A DNA stretch of 63,590 nucleotides, filler included, from Octopus bimaculoides (lineage: Eukaryota), in NCBI RefSeq assembly GCF_001194135.2. It is 5 parts of 5 records of this genome, joined end to end, with 100 filler letters (N's around TTAATTAATTAA, not from the genome) between each part and the next. Parts side by side here need not be neighbours in the genome. Positions count along the whole stretch, not along the records: positions 12,486 to 31,884 come from NC_068982.1; positions 31,985 to 56,944 come from NC_068985.1; 3 more parts are not named here. One strand, given 5' to 3'. Both the position numbers and the translations under genes were made by a program. A model generated the notes under the pieces. That model was given only the letters and a program-made list of their open reading frames with translations. It was not told where the DNA came from and did not search any database. Below are positions 24,598-36,110 of this stretch, one piece after another; the stretch's first letter is position 1, and each line of letters starts with the position of its first letter.

Positions 24598-25204
24598 NNN
24601 NNNNNNNNNNNNNNNNNNNNNNNNNNNNNNNNNNNNNNNNNNNNNNNNNNNNNNNNNNNNNNNNNNNNNNNNNNNNNNNNNNNNNNNNNNNNNNNNNNNN
24701 NNNNNNNNNNNNNNNNNNNNNNNNNNNNNNNNNNNNNNNNNNNNNNNNNNNNNNNNNNNNNNNNNNNNNNNNNNNNNNNNNNNNNNNNNNNNNNNNNNNN
24801 NNNNNNNNNNNNNNNNNNNNNNNNNNNNNNNNNNNNNNNNNNNNNNNNNNNNNNNNNNNNNNNNNNNNNNNNNNNNNNNNNNNNNNNNNNNNNNNNNNNN
24901 NNNNNNNNNNNNNNNNNNNNNNNNNNNNNNNNNNNNNNNNNNNNNNNNNNNNNNNNNNNNNNNNNNNNNNNNNNNNNNNNNNNNNNNNNNNNNNNNNNNN
25001 NNNNNNNNNNNNNNNNNNNNNNNNNNNNNNNNNNNNNNNNNNNNNNNNNNNNNNNNNNNNNNNNNNNNNNNNNNNNNNNNNNNNNNCAACCTTGGGAGAA
25101 TGTAAGGTCAAGCTGACCTCAGCAAGATTTGAACACAAAACATACAAAGAACATACAAATACCACGTGGCATTTTGTTTGACGCTCCTGTGATTTTGCCA
25201 ACCC

Positions 25205-25420
25205 ACCTATTATTTTTTTCTACTCTAGGCACAAGGCCTGAAATTTTTGGAGAGGGAGACCAGTCGATTAGATCAACCCCAGTATGCAACTGGTACTTAA
25301 TTTATCGACCCCGAAAGAATGAAAAGCAAAGTCGGCCTCGGCGGAATTTGAACTCAGAATGTAAAGACAGACGAAATACCGCTAAGCATTTCATCCGGTG
25401 TGCTAACATTTCTACCAGCT
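25205..25420 (-). mobile_element. SINE family D
   Basis: Antisense family D body and head. Confidence 0.8.
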
Positions 25421-25671
25421 CACCACCTATTATTACAACCACATCATATATCCTGTCTGTGTGGTGGATAGACAGTACAAGTTCAAGAGACAAATATAGA
25501 TTCTTTTTGAAGTTCATCAAACAAAGACAAAATGGTAAACGTGGTCAGAATATGTAATTTAAGGTGACAAACTGGCAGAATCGTTACTCTGCCAGGAGAA
25601 AGTATTTCTTCCAACATTATCTTCTCATTATTTACATTTGACAGATATTTGTCCTCATCTTGTTTGTTGTT

Positions 25672-25717
25672 AACACGATGTTTCAGCTGATATACCCTCC
25701 AGCCTTCATCAGGTGTC
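25672..25717 (-). ncRNA. minimal type I hammerhead ribozyme motif (left arm)
   Basis: Minus strand: GACAC-CTGATGA-A-GGCTG-GAGGGTATAT-CAGCT-GAAACATC-GTGTT. Confidence 0.6.
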
Positions 25718-26087
25718 TTGGGGTAATTTTGAACCTGGGTTCTCATTCAATGTTGTTATTATCATTATCATTATTCAGGTCACTGCTTGGAATCGAACTC
25801 GGAATCTTGGGGTTAGTAGCCCATGCTCTTAACCAGTACGCCATATGCCTATGGGCAATTATGGAGTGAATTTTAAGGCTTATAAATCTAATATTTTTCT
25901 ATCCTTCCTTAATATTAGATTTATAAGCCCTAAAATTCACTCCATAATTGCCCACAGGCATATGGTGTAGTTAAGAGCACGGGCTACTAACCCCAAGATT
26001 CCGAGTTTGATTCTAAGCAGTGAACTGAACAATAATAACATCGAAAAATACCTTAGGAATGAGAACCCAGGTTCGAAATTTCTCCAA

Positions 26088-26133
26088 GACACCTGATGAA
26101 GGCTGGAGGGTATATCAGCCGAAACATCGTGTT
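26088..26133 (+). ncRNA. minimal type I hammerhead ribozyme motif (right arm)
   Basis: GACAC-CTGATGA-A-GGCTG-GAGGGTATAT-CAGCC-GAAACATC-GTGTT; predicted cleavage after C26128. Confidence 0.6.
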
Positions 26134-26459
26134 AACAACAAAGATGAGGACAAATATCCGTCAAATGTAAATAATTCGTCATCTCTTAAATATAGAACTG
26201 TTTTGTTCTCAGTTGAAATGTTGCTGGGGTTGATTTCATCCTTTCGGGGTTGATAAAGTAAGTACCAGTTAACCTCTGAGGTTGATGTAATTGACTTACC
26301 CACCTACCCTGAAATCACTGGCCTTGTGCCAAAATTTGAAACCAATATACGTAATGCACTAAGTGTCTGTGTATATATAATATTTTTTGTAACACTTCAG
26401 CGTTTGAAGCTATTGGATTTGTTGCACTTTATGAGACTTATTTTCTAAACCATGAATCG

Positions 26460-26935
26460 TTGGCCGACACGCCGTGCTTGAAGAGACCTTTTGTGTCAAG
26501 TAAAATCAAAATGGAACTGGTGGCCGATGCCATTGCCACCGAGCTGGCTCCCATGCTGGTGACATGCAATAAGCACCATTCATGCATGGGTCGTTGCCAG
26601 TACCACCTGACTGGCTTCCCATGCCGGTGGCCCGTAAAAAGCACCATCTGAACATGGTTGATGCCAGCCAACAGCCCCCACCCCCCCGGCTCCTGTGCTG
26701 GTAGGATGTAAAAAGCACCACCCGTACATGGCTAATGCCAGTGCCACCTGACTGGCTCCCATGCTGGTAGCACATAAAAAGCACTCACTACACTCTCGGA
26801 GTGGTTGGTGTAAGGAAGGGCATCCAGCTGTAGAAACCTTACCAGATCAGATTGGAGCCTGGTGCTGCCTCCTGGCTTGCCAGTCCTCAGTCAAACCGTC
26901 CAACCCATGCCAGCATGGAAAACATGATAATGATG
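26460..26935 (+). mobile_element. RTE 3'UTR with tandem modules and tail
   Basis: Repeated CCCATGC(C)GGTGGCAC(G/A)TAAAAAGCACC modules, then the shared tail. Confidence 0.8.
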
Positions 26936-27467
26936 ATTTGACACAAACAGGATTTATTCCATTTATTTTTTGCATTTGAAACTTCATTCCATTGTCTCAT
27001 GATGCTTAGCTAATGCTTTAATGTTCATAAATTCTGAAAAGTCACCCAACATTGCAACATTCAAAAGGAATTTCGGGACAACTTTACGGTTGCCTGTGCA
27101 TGAGTTATAGCTGAAAATTCATTCAGTTATTATGCTCAACCCAAGAAAAGGTTTACTAAACGGGATCAGACTTATCATCAGAGATTTGAGACTTCATCAT
27201 CATTTAATGTTCATCTTCTATGCTGGCATGGGTTAGATGGTTTGACAGGAGCTGGCAAGTCAGAGGACTGCGCTAATCACCACTGTCTGTCTTTGGCATG
27301 GTTTTTACAGCTGGAAACCCTTCCTAATGCCAACCACTTTACAAAGTGGACTGGATGCTTTTTATGTGGCATCAGCACCAGTGAAACATCATCATCATCA
27401 TCGTCGTCGTTTAACGTCCGCTTTCCATGCTAGCATGGGTTGGACGTTTTGACTGAGGACTGGTGAA

Positions 27468-28113
27468 GGATCTTTTTTAAAACGGGGGCCACATTTTTCA
27501 TTAATGTTTTACGTAGTGTTTTTGGTACCGAAAGACTTTCAAACTTTGTATACTTATCTATTTTGTGTTATAGAACAGAAAAATATTTTTGTATTCGAAT
27601 TTATTTCATGTAAAAAATTGTCTTATTTCGATAATTTCAACCAATCACTGATAAGTATTCAGTTGTTTATATTTACTCCTTTGACTGATTAAGCCATAGC
27701 TTCGTTTTATTTGCTTTTTACCTTTTAAANNNNNNNNNNNNNNNNNNNNNNNNNNNNNNNNNNNNNNNNNNNNNNNNNNNNNNNNNNNNNNNNNNNNNNN
27801 NNNNNNNNNNNNNNNNNNNNNNNNNNNNNNNNNNNNNNNNNNNNNNNNNNNNNNNNNNNNNNNNNNNNNNNNNNNNNNNNNNNNNNNNNNNNNNNNNNNN
27901 NNNNNNNNNNNNNNNNNNNNNNNNNNNNNNNNNNNNNNNNNNNNNNNNNNNNNNNNNNNNNNNNNNNNNNNNNNNNNNNNNNNNNNNNNNNATTTCTTTT
28001 TTTTTAAAGAAGACTAAGAGAAAAAGATGTTTTATATGACACATTCTACCAGTGTTCCAAGTTTCAAAGTGTTTCGTTAAAGAAAAATGTGGCCCCCGTT
28101 TTAAAAAAGATCC
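27468..28113. mobile_element. MITE with ~32-38 bp TIRs and 8-bp TSD (Merlin-like), inserted in an RTE tail
   Basis: TIR GGATCTTTTTTAAAACGGGGGCCACATTTTTC at both ends; TSD CTGGTGAA at 27460-27467 and 28114-28121. Confidence 0.85.
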
Positions 28114-28389
28114 CTGGTGAAACCGGATGGCTACACCAGGCTCCAATCTGATTTGGCAGAGTTTCTACAGCTGGATGCCCTTCCTAACGCCAACCACTCT
28201 GAGAGTGTAGTGGGTGCTTTTACGTGCCACCGGCACGAAGGCCAGTCAGGCGGTACTGGCAACGGCCATGCTTAAAATGGTGTATTTTATGTACCACCTG
28301 CACAGGAGCCAGTTCGGCGGCACTGGCAACGATCTCACTCGAATGTCTTTACACATGCCATCCGGCACAGAAATTAAATCTGGCAGCAA

Positions 28390-28640
28390 CAGAAAAGATG
28401 TATTCATACCAAGAGTGAATTTAACTCCAGGTGATACATCATTACCTTTTAATTTGAAAAGGAGGCATTTCTCTGTTATCTCTTCGTTTGCTATGACTAC
28501 AAATAAGTCACAGGGTCAATTATTTGAAATTATTCGGAGTATAGCTTCCAAAGACAGTGTTTAGCCATGGTCAACTCTATGTTGTTTTAAACAGAACAAT
28601 AAACACGAACAATTTGCAATTACAGACTGAAAATTCAGAA
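28390..28640 (+). mobile_element. Helitron helicase C-terminal relic (second family)
   Basis: KDVFIPRVNLTPGDTSLPFNLKRRHFSVISSFAMTTNKSQGQ, frameshift, FSHGQLYVVLNR. Confidence 0.85.
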
Positions 28641-29314
28641 GACAAAGGTGTGTCAGTACCTCCTCATATCTATTTTCATTGGTTTTTGCAGTTAATCATA
28701 CCTGTATACTATTTTCGAAGTGATAAATATAATTTTGCCATTTTACCTGATATTTTGGCATTTTATTTACTTCCACATACACTCATTATATAATTTCAAC
28801 AATACCTCAATCATTATTGACAACTTGGTAACTTTAGTGTAAATATAAAACAAACAGGTTAATGCACCATATGTGACCGTGCGTGCGTGAGAGTGTATAT
28901 GTGTGTTAACCGTATCTCTTTCAGTAATAGCAATCATGTCATCAAACGTGACATTAGTGGTCATTTTAATACACAAATGATGAATGGTAGAGAGATAACG
29001 ATGATGACAGAGCTGGTTGAGCACATGTATCACGAAAAATGTCCCAACAGTGATTATCTCGTGTTTCTGTCAATATATGATTAACACTATCCGAAGTTTC
29101 TTTCTCTTTCTTTAAATGGCAAGTTGTTAATTTGAAATTTGGCTGTTATTTCTGCCAGACCGAACGAACATGCCCTAGGTTGTTTTGGTTTCATTATCAA
29201 TCACGCAGTTATATGCACCTAAAAAAACCAAAACATCGCCAGATTAACTATTATCTAATTAGAGCTAATTATTTATAGTTAGAGTCGTGCTTAGCTCAAA
29301 ATACACACACATAC

Positions 29315-29357
<43 letters not shown>

Positions 29358-29383
29358 ATATNNNNNNNNNNNNNNNNNNNNNN

Positions 29384-29425
<42 letters not shown>

Positions 29426-29647
29426 TATATATACATACATATACACACACACGTTCACGTATGCGTTTGTGTGAGCAGGTACTTTTTTCACCTACTTCAT
29501 TTCAACAGGTGATGACATCGATAAAGTAAATATAAACAAATGAACATCTGAAAAGTTGATACTTACGTCAGTTAATGATTAAACTCGTTTTAATTTAATA
29601 AACAATTATACTCAAGAGAAACAAGTAAAACATTGAAATAGATAAAT

Positions 29648-30340
29648 TTAATAACAGATACATATTTCATTGAGAGATGTGATAGGCGTTCGACATACAA
29701 TACAAACATGATTAACATTTATAACAGTCTTGGCACATTTCAAACATAAGCAGACGTGTCCACAGGGAAGAAAAAGAGCACTTCGGTCGTTTTGAAAACA
29801 CAACACGCACTTTAGAGAAAGGTTGTCTCTGTTGTGGTTAATACTTTGGTATTGTAGTAGGTTGTTATATACATCACCATTGTTCCTGGTATTTTGTTGG
29901 TTGGAACGGTTTGGGGTAACATTAGCAGCAGATGTACGGAAGAAATTCTCCACAGTGGAACAGATCCATGATAGTATTAAATATATAGGCAAAGAGAAAA
30001 GGATTTTTTGTAACGTGATCCATTTATAAAAACACTTTATAAACATAGAAACAGATGTAACAATGTAATCACATATGAACATTAAATAACCGATGAAGCT
30101 GACAGGAAGGAAATGGCCGCAACCTAAAGTGTCGACGACTCTCAGAAAATCCTGGTAATGGTCCTGGAATAATTCCACAAACATCTGTCGGATGATCACA
30201 TAAAGCGGTTTGAAAGTTACACCCCAAACGTGATTGATGCTTTCCCCAAGGGTGGAAGGAATATAAGTAATGACGAAGCAAAAGACATTTACAATGACTA
30301 AAATATGAATTAAGTTACCAATTAATCTCGCAAATCCCAT
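29648..30340 (-). CDS. intronless membrane-anchored RING-HC (C3HC4) E3 ubiquitin ligase-like protein, 230 aa (RNF26-like architecture)
   Basis: Uninterrupted 693-nt ORF from first in-frame ATG (the supplied ORF starts at GTG 30355); C-terminal CVLC-x11-C-G-H-x2-LC-x2-C-x10-CIVC; three hydrophobic N-terminal stretches; ATTAAA ~50 nt past the stop. Confidence 0.8.
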   Translation of the reverse strand: MGFARLIGNLIHILVIVNVFCFVITYIPSTLGESINHVWGVTFKPLYVIIRQMFVELFQDHYQDFLRVVDTLGCGHFLPVSFIGYLMFICDYIVTSVSMFIKCFYKWITLQKILFSLPIYLILSWICSTVENFFRTSAANVTPNRSNQQNTRNNGDVYNNLLQYQSINHNRDNLSLKCVLCFQNDRSALFLPCGHVCLCLKCAKTVINVNHVCIVCRTPITSLNEICICY

Positions 30341-30819
30341 TTTAAAGCCATTCACATGGTGGTGGTGCCAAAGATTTTGGCAAAAGTCCTTTTTTTTTTT
30401 TGTTTAGGAAGAATCAGTTAGACAATTGAACACAGGAACAACTTACTGAAGTTGTTTGTAAAATTGGAGACGGATTTTGAATTGTCGTTATCCGAAACGA
30501 AAAAATAATTTTACATTTAATAAATAAAGTTAGATTATAAAAAAGAACACTTCATGAATATGAAATAATAATTTTATTCGCAATCTGTTTACTGTTTACC
30601 AGCACCGCTTTCTCTCTTTCTTTTTCTTTTGGACCATTCTTTGAAAAACTTTCACTCTGAGAATTGAAAAAAAAGTATACATCTGTAGCTGGAACGAAAA
30701 TTTTTAGAGACATTGTGTAATGCTTTCCCTCGCTACAGAAGGATTTCGAATTAGATATTTAAATAATCAGTATATTAAATACGTACTGAACTAACTTCAC
30801 TATTATTCTTAATGTGAAT

Positions 30820-31030
30820 TGCGTCTCTGCGTTGCAAAACTCGGTAAATCGCTTAAATTACGTCGACGGAAACTTTAAAAATGATCACCAGATTAATCCT
30901 GATATCTCATATTTAATGTGTTAATGGGATACGTGCGTGTGTGTGTGTGTGTAAGATTTTATCAACTGCTGGAAATTTTGAGTTTACCTGGTTCCGATTT
31001 TCGCGCGAAGATCAGAGACGTGAAACTAAG
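30820..31030. promoter_or_regulatory. CpG-enriched putative promoter with palindromic E2F-like site
   Basis: CpG cluster in unique AT-rich DNA ~0.5 kb upstream of the RING ORF; TTTTCGCGCGAA at 30998-31009. Confidence 0.35.
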
Positions 31031-31257
31031 AGTAACGATTTTGGAAGTCCTCAGTTCCCAATAAAATCTATTTCACTTTACATTTAGTATTATGTACTCT
31101 CTTTTCTCTTTTTTCTTTTTCTTGTTTGCCCAAAGATTATTATCGTCATCATTTTATATCGATTTTTCATGTAGGCATGGGTTGGACAGAGCCTCACAAA
31201 GTTAGAATATATTCAAGGATATTACTCACTTAGATGGGTAGGGGCCATTATTTTCCC

Positions 31258-31660
31258 TCTTTTACTTGTTTCAGTCATTTGACTGCAGCCATGATGGAGC
31301 CCCATCTTTAGTCGAACAAATCGAACTCAGGACTTATTCTTTGTAGGCCTAGTACTTATTTTACTGGCCTCTTTTGCCTAACCACTTAGTTGTGGGGACA
31401 TAAACACACCAACATCGGTTGTCAAGCGATGGAGAGGGGACAAACACAGACACACAAATACATATAAATACATGCAGATAGGAAAGCCTTCTCTTTTCTG
31501 TCGAGGGCTTTTATGCCCCTTTATTAGACAATTTTCCTTAGTCATTGCACGGTGATCACCATAAGCGTTAAGCGTATATAAAAGTCACTTGCTCAAGGTG
31601 CCACACAGTGGGACTGAACCCAGAACCATGTGGTTTGGAAGCAAGCTTCTTACCACACAC
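31258..31660 (-). mobile_element. SINE family C
   Basis: Matches 6680-7072. Confidence 0.75.
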
Positions 31661-31704
31661 CCACTTCTGCACCTCTCTCTCTCTCTCTCTCTCTGTATAT
31701 ATAT

Positions 31705-31880
31705 ATCGCCTGACTGGCCCTCGTGCCGGTGGCATGTAAAAGCACCCACTACACTCTTGGAGTGGTTGGCGTTAGGAAGGGCATCCAGCTGTAGAAACTT
31801 TACCAGGTCAGATTGGAGCCTAGTGCAGCCAGTCAAACCATCCAACCCATGCCAGCATGGAAAGCGGACGTTAAACAATG
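31705..31880 (+). mobile_element. RTE 3' tail copy
   Basis: Shared tail sequence. Confidence 0.85.
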
Positions 31881-32241
31881 CTGANNNNNNNNNNNNNNNN
31901 NNNNNNNNNNNNNNNNNNNNNNNNNNNNTTAATTAATTAANNNNNNNNNNNNNNNNNNNNNNNNNNNNNNNNNNNNNNNNNNNNATCTATATATACATAC
32001 ATATAGGTGGTGAAGCATGACCTTCGAAGGACCTCACATATAAATGGACACATACGAGGACAAATATAGACACTTAATCAGATTTTCTAAACACATATTT
32101 AGAATACTGTGTACACTCTCACATCTTTCATTAAGCTATTTCTTCTTAGATGTTAATATCTGGTGTAATTCATGTATACATAGGTCGCATATGCATATTT
32201 GCCATGTGTGTATGTATGTGTATGTGTGTGTGTGTGTGTGT

Positions 32242-32299
<58 letters not shown>

Positions 32300-35104
32300 T
32301 ATTTTGGTCAACTCGGAACTTTTGCTGTTCTGGAGTTTCACCTGTGCATTCACAGTGTCACCATCAGACATGTTATGATATAACTTGTGTGATGACCCTG
32401 TGAATGTCCATTGGTCCATTTAAATTCTATAACAGCAATAATACACTAAAGATGTTTAGTAATTTTGTAACTTGTTAGTACAAGAGAGCTGATAAAAGAG
32501 GAACGTAAACAAGAAATGAGAAGATGTATTGAAGACGAAACAGAAGTTAAGTAATAGATATCACATACACAACAAGTTAATATGGTTGATATCAGAATTG
32601 GCAGAACATCATAAAAATACTTTGTTACTTAGTAGCAGCCTCTTACATTCTGAGTTCAAAACCATTGACATTGATTTTCGTTTTCATTCTTGTAAATTTG
32701 GGGTGAGGTTGGGATAAATTTGATGAATCGTCCCTCGTATATAATGATGAATGAGAGTTAATTTCATCAACTTAACTGCCTCCCCATCAATATTTGTTAT
32801 TGGCATTTCATGTTATCTGGGTTTTGCTGGGAATAACCAACAATCTTTAAATGGTAACAGCAACTCTAAATTAATGCAACCATTAAGTACCAATTGGATA
32901 GCCGACCTGTGGTTTACTGTGATCATGACAAGTATCCATAATTCTCACAAGCTGAGTTCACCCAGGTATTCTAGGATAGGTTCAGAATTACTACTTTGAT
33001 GATTAGGGTACAGAATAATTGATAAGATTTTTATTGGTATGTAGTGCTGCCCTGAAAACTTAGCATGAGTTGAGCATCTTTAAAATCGCTCTTTGGAAGT
33101 CAATAGAGTTAATCACCCATTGATATATATATGCTTGGTTTAGAGGAAATAATTTGCTAACCTCGTTAAAGATGTGTGTGTAAAATAAATAAATATTCAT
33201 TGATTGACTGATACTTTGATTAATTTACGAATTTACTGCAACAATTTTTATTTTAATTTTAAATTTATTTCTATAATTTCAGAAAACTTACAGAATAATT
33301 TCATAAGAATTTTATAGCCCATCCACTTAATTATTAATTACTTGTATCTGCATGGATTAAACCATGGCATCATTCTAAATCTCAACTGTTAACATGTAAT
33401 GTAATATTCAGGTTTTGTTTGGAGAAATATTTGATTAACTATTTTATATCAGAATTGAACTCACAACCTGAATAATAGATTTAAGTTTAAATGAATTCTT
33501 TGTATTTTCAGCCTGTTTGATAAATTGAATTTAGAATAATTTTCTTATACAGAATTATCTTCTATCACTAAGCATTCAATAAATTCAATAATGCTCTTAA
33601 CTTCTGAGTTCAAATCTTGTCATGGTTCTCCTTGCTTTTCACCCTTCTGTTGTTGATAAGATAAGTACCACTCAAATACTGCAGTTGATCTAATTAATTA
33701 TTCGCTCTCATTTCTGTTCTTGTGCCTATGTAAAAAATTAGTAGCATTATCATCCTCGATATTACGTTTAACACAAACACTAGAGCACACAACTAAACAC
33801 TTTGCAGGATTTAGTTTTGTAACTATAGGATCTGAGTTCAAATCTGTTTGGGACCAACTTTACCTTTCATTCTACAAAATAAGTACCGGTAAGAAATCTG
33901 GAATTGATTTCACTGAATTCGTGCATTTAGAAGAATTATTTCCAGTCAAAAGCAGTTAATGCGATTGTGAAGAATTTCTTCAGTTTGCATAAATATGAAG
34001 CAAAGAATGTTGTTGTTTAGCAGAGTAAGTTATCAACCCCTGGATGATTCCCAAAGCATTTGAAAATAATTCCTAAGAATTGTGGGAACTGGGGCATGCA
34101 TAATAATATGCTTTGCACTCTATAAAAATTTTATAATGAATATAAAAATAAACTTAATGAAATGAACTTTATATAGCTTTAAAAAGTAACTATAGCATTT
34201 AAAATTCCTGTATCATATTGGCGATGTTAAAATAAAGTCTTAAAATAAAGAATACAATAGAGGATGTCTGGATCACTGGTTTTACTTACGGTGCATTCTT
34301 GTCAAATATCTATTAATTTGTTTTAGGTTTTAGATACAATTTGATCTCATAAGATAAAGGGGATTTTGTGTAACACCTGGAATTAGAGAACATCAATGAT
34401 TTGAATGAGAATTGTCAAACTAGCTTCACCAAGCTTTTCGAAATTTTACATATTTGTATGGATTAGGTTCAAAGACAGTTTTAAAAGAAGGGCAAAGATA
34501 TAATACTTGATCCCAATATACTCTTAATATTTATTTTATTTACCCCAAAACATGAAATAATAAGTGATCCTCTCATAATTTAGAATTGGTAAGTGCTTAG
34601 TGTAAATTTTGATGTTATAGTCGTCTAAAGTGAATCAAGCCTTGTTACAGCCCCTGCATTAAGTCTTCAGCATTTAAACTGACCAAATTTGGCCCAAATG
34701 TTCTACCAGTTTTATACTCAAACTTGCCATATCTGGCCTTTTACACCTAACCGACAGTGTCATTCTAAAAACAACAGTCACAGTTGGTCAAGGAGAAGCA
34801 AAAACGACCTCCACACCATATGAAGGCAATATGTAATAATGCATGATTAATTGAAAACAATGTGAATAAATAATTACATTTAACTGAGGAATCTGAATGC
34901 TAATGGGCAAATCTTATTTTGGTTTTAATAAAAAGGAAAAAAAAAAGTACCTGTTACCTGGGTAGAATGGTAGCAAGTTTATCCCGTAACCTCTTATAAT
35001 AATCATTCAGTTCATTGTTACATCCATTTTTCCTTCAGCATATTTCAGTTGGAAATTATCGAGTCAGAAATGCTCTATTATATATTATATATTCATCATC
35101 ATCA

Positions 35105-35560
35105 TCACCATCGTTTAACGTACGCTTTCCATGCTAGCATGGGTTGGACGATTTGACTGAGGACTGGTGAACTGGATGGCTGCACCAGGCTCCAATCTGA
35201 TTTGGCAGAGTTTCTACAGCCGGATGCCCTTCCTAATGCCAACCACTCCAAGAGTGTAGTGGGTGCTTTTACGTGCCACCGGCACAAGGGCCAGTCAGGC
35301 AGTACTGGCAATGGCCACGCTCAAAATAGTGTTTTTTATGTGCCAACAACCTCACTCAAATGTTTTCTAAAGTGCCACCGGCACAAGTGCCAGTAAGGCG
35401 ACACTGGTAACAATCACACTGAAATGGTGTTGTTTACATGCCACTGGCATGGAAGCCAGACAGCTGCTCTGGCAATGATCATGCTTGGACGGTGCTGTTA
35501 GTGCTCCACTGGCACAGGTGCCAGTCATTGAATATGGTTCAATTACGATTTCGATTTCAA
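35105..35560 (-). mobile_element. RTE 3'UTR/tail copy
   Basis: Shared tail and modules, antisense. Confidence 0.85.
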
Positions 35561-35654
35561 TAATTCACTGGTGTTAGTTAAAAGTTTTACTGTATTTTTG
35601 TGACTTATTTGCTTTTTTTCATCGAGTTACAACAAAAGCAGTTGAGCACTCAAA

Positions 35655-35870
35655 GTAGAAGCAATCGTGTTGCACCATTTGATACCACCTTTCTGCCAGT
35701 TCTTTGATTCCATGCTGACACCAGTTCTTGTCCTTTGAGATAAAGAACTCCTACACTGAAGCTTCTGCCTCCTCTAGGTTGATGAAGCATCGCAATCACA
35801 AGAAGTGGGTCAGGGATCAGAACAAATTGTAATCTGAGGGAGCTAGGTGTGGTCTTGATGCTGAAGAGCT
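35655..35870 (-). mobile_element. mariner transposase C-terminal relic
   Basis: PHLAPSDYNLF..FINLEEAEASV*EFFISKDKNWCQHGIKELAERW. Confidence 0.75.
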
Positions 35871-35879
35871 CACTTTCTT

Positions 35880-36110
35880 ATTTCTTTATTGCCAACAAGG
35901 GGCTACACACAAAGGGGACAAACAAGGACAGACAAAGGGATTAAGCCGATTACATCAACCCCAGTGCATAACTGGTACTTAATTTATCGACCCCAAAAGG
36001 ATGAAAGGCAAAGTGAACTTCGGCGCAATTTGAACTCAGAACGTAATGGCAGATGAAATACCAATAAGCATTTCACCCAGCATGCTAATGTTTCTGCCAA
36101 CTCACCGCCT
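35880..36110 (-). mobile_element. SINE family D
   Basis: Antisense family D. Confidence 0.8.

Larger units (their letters stand above)
25627..26175. mobile_element. palindromic insertion: two divergent tRNA-headed units with hammerhead motifs
   Basis: Arms 25627-25895 and 25911-26175 are near reverse complements around a 15-nt loop; a split family D SINE flanks them (25562-25626, ~26200-26345). Confidence 0.85.

Noticed and set aside
29559-29567. GTAAGTAT donor 81 nt past the RING stop (possible NMD-triggering 3'UTR intron)
   Set aside because: ATTAAA signals lie before it and no acceptor could be tied to it.
32153-32419. Minus ORF MDQWTFTGSSHKLY.. as an upstream exon of the RING gene
   Set aside because: No acceptor leads into the RING frame; the rest of the ORF is microsatellite.
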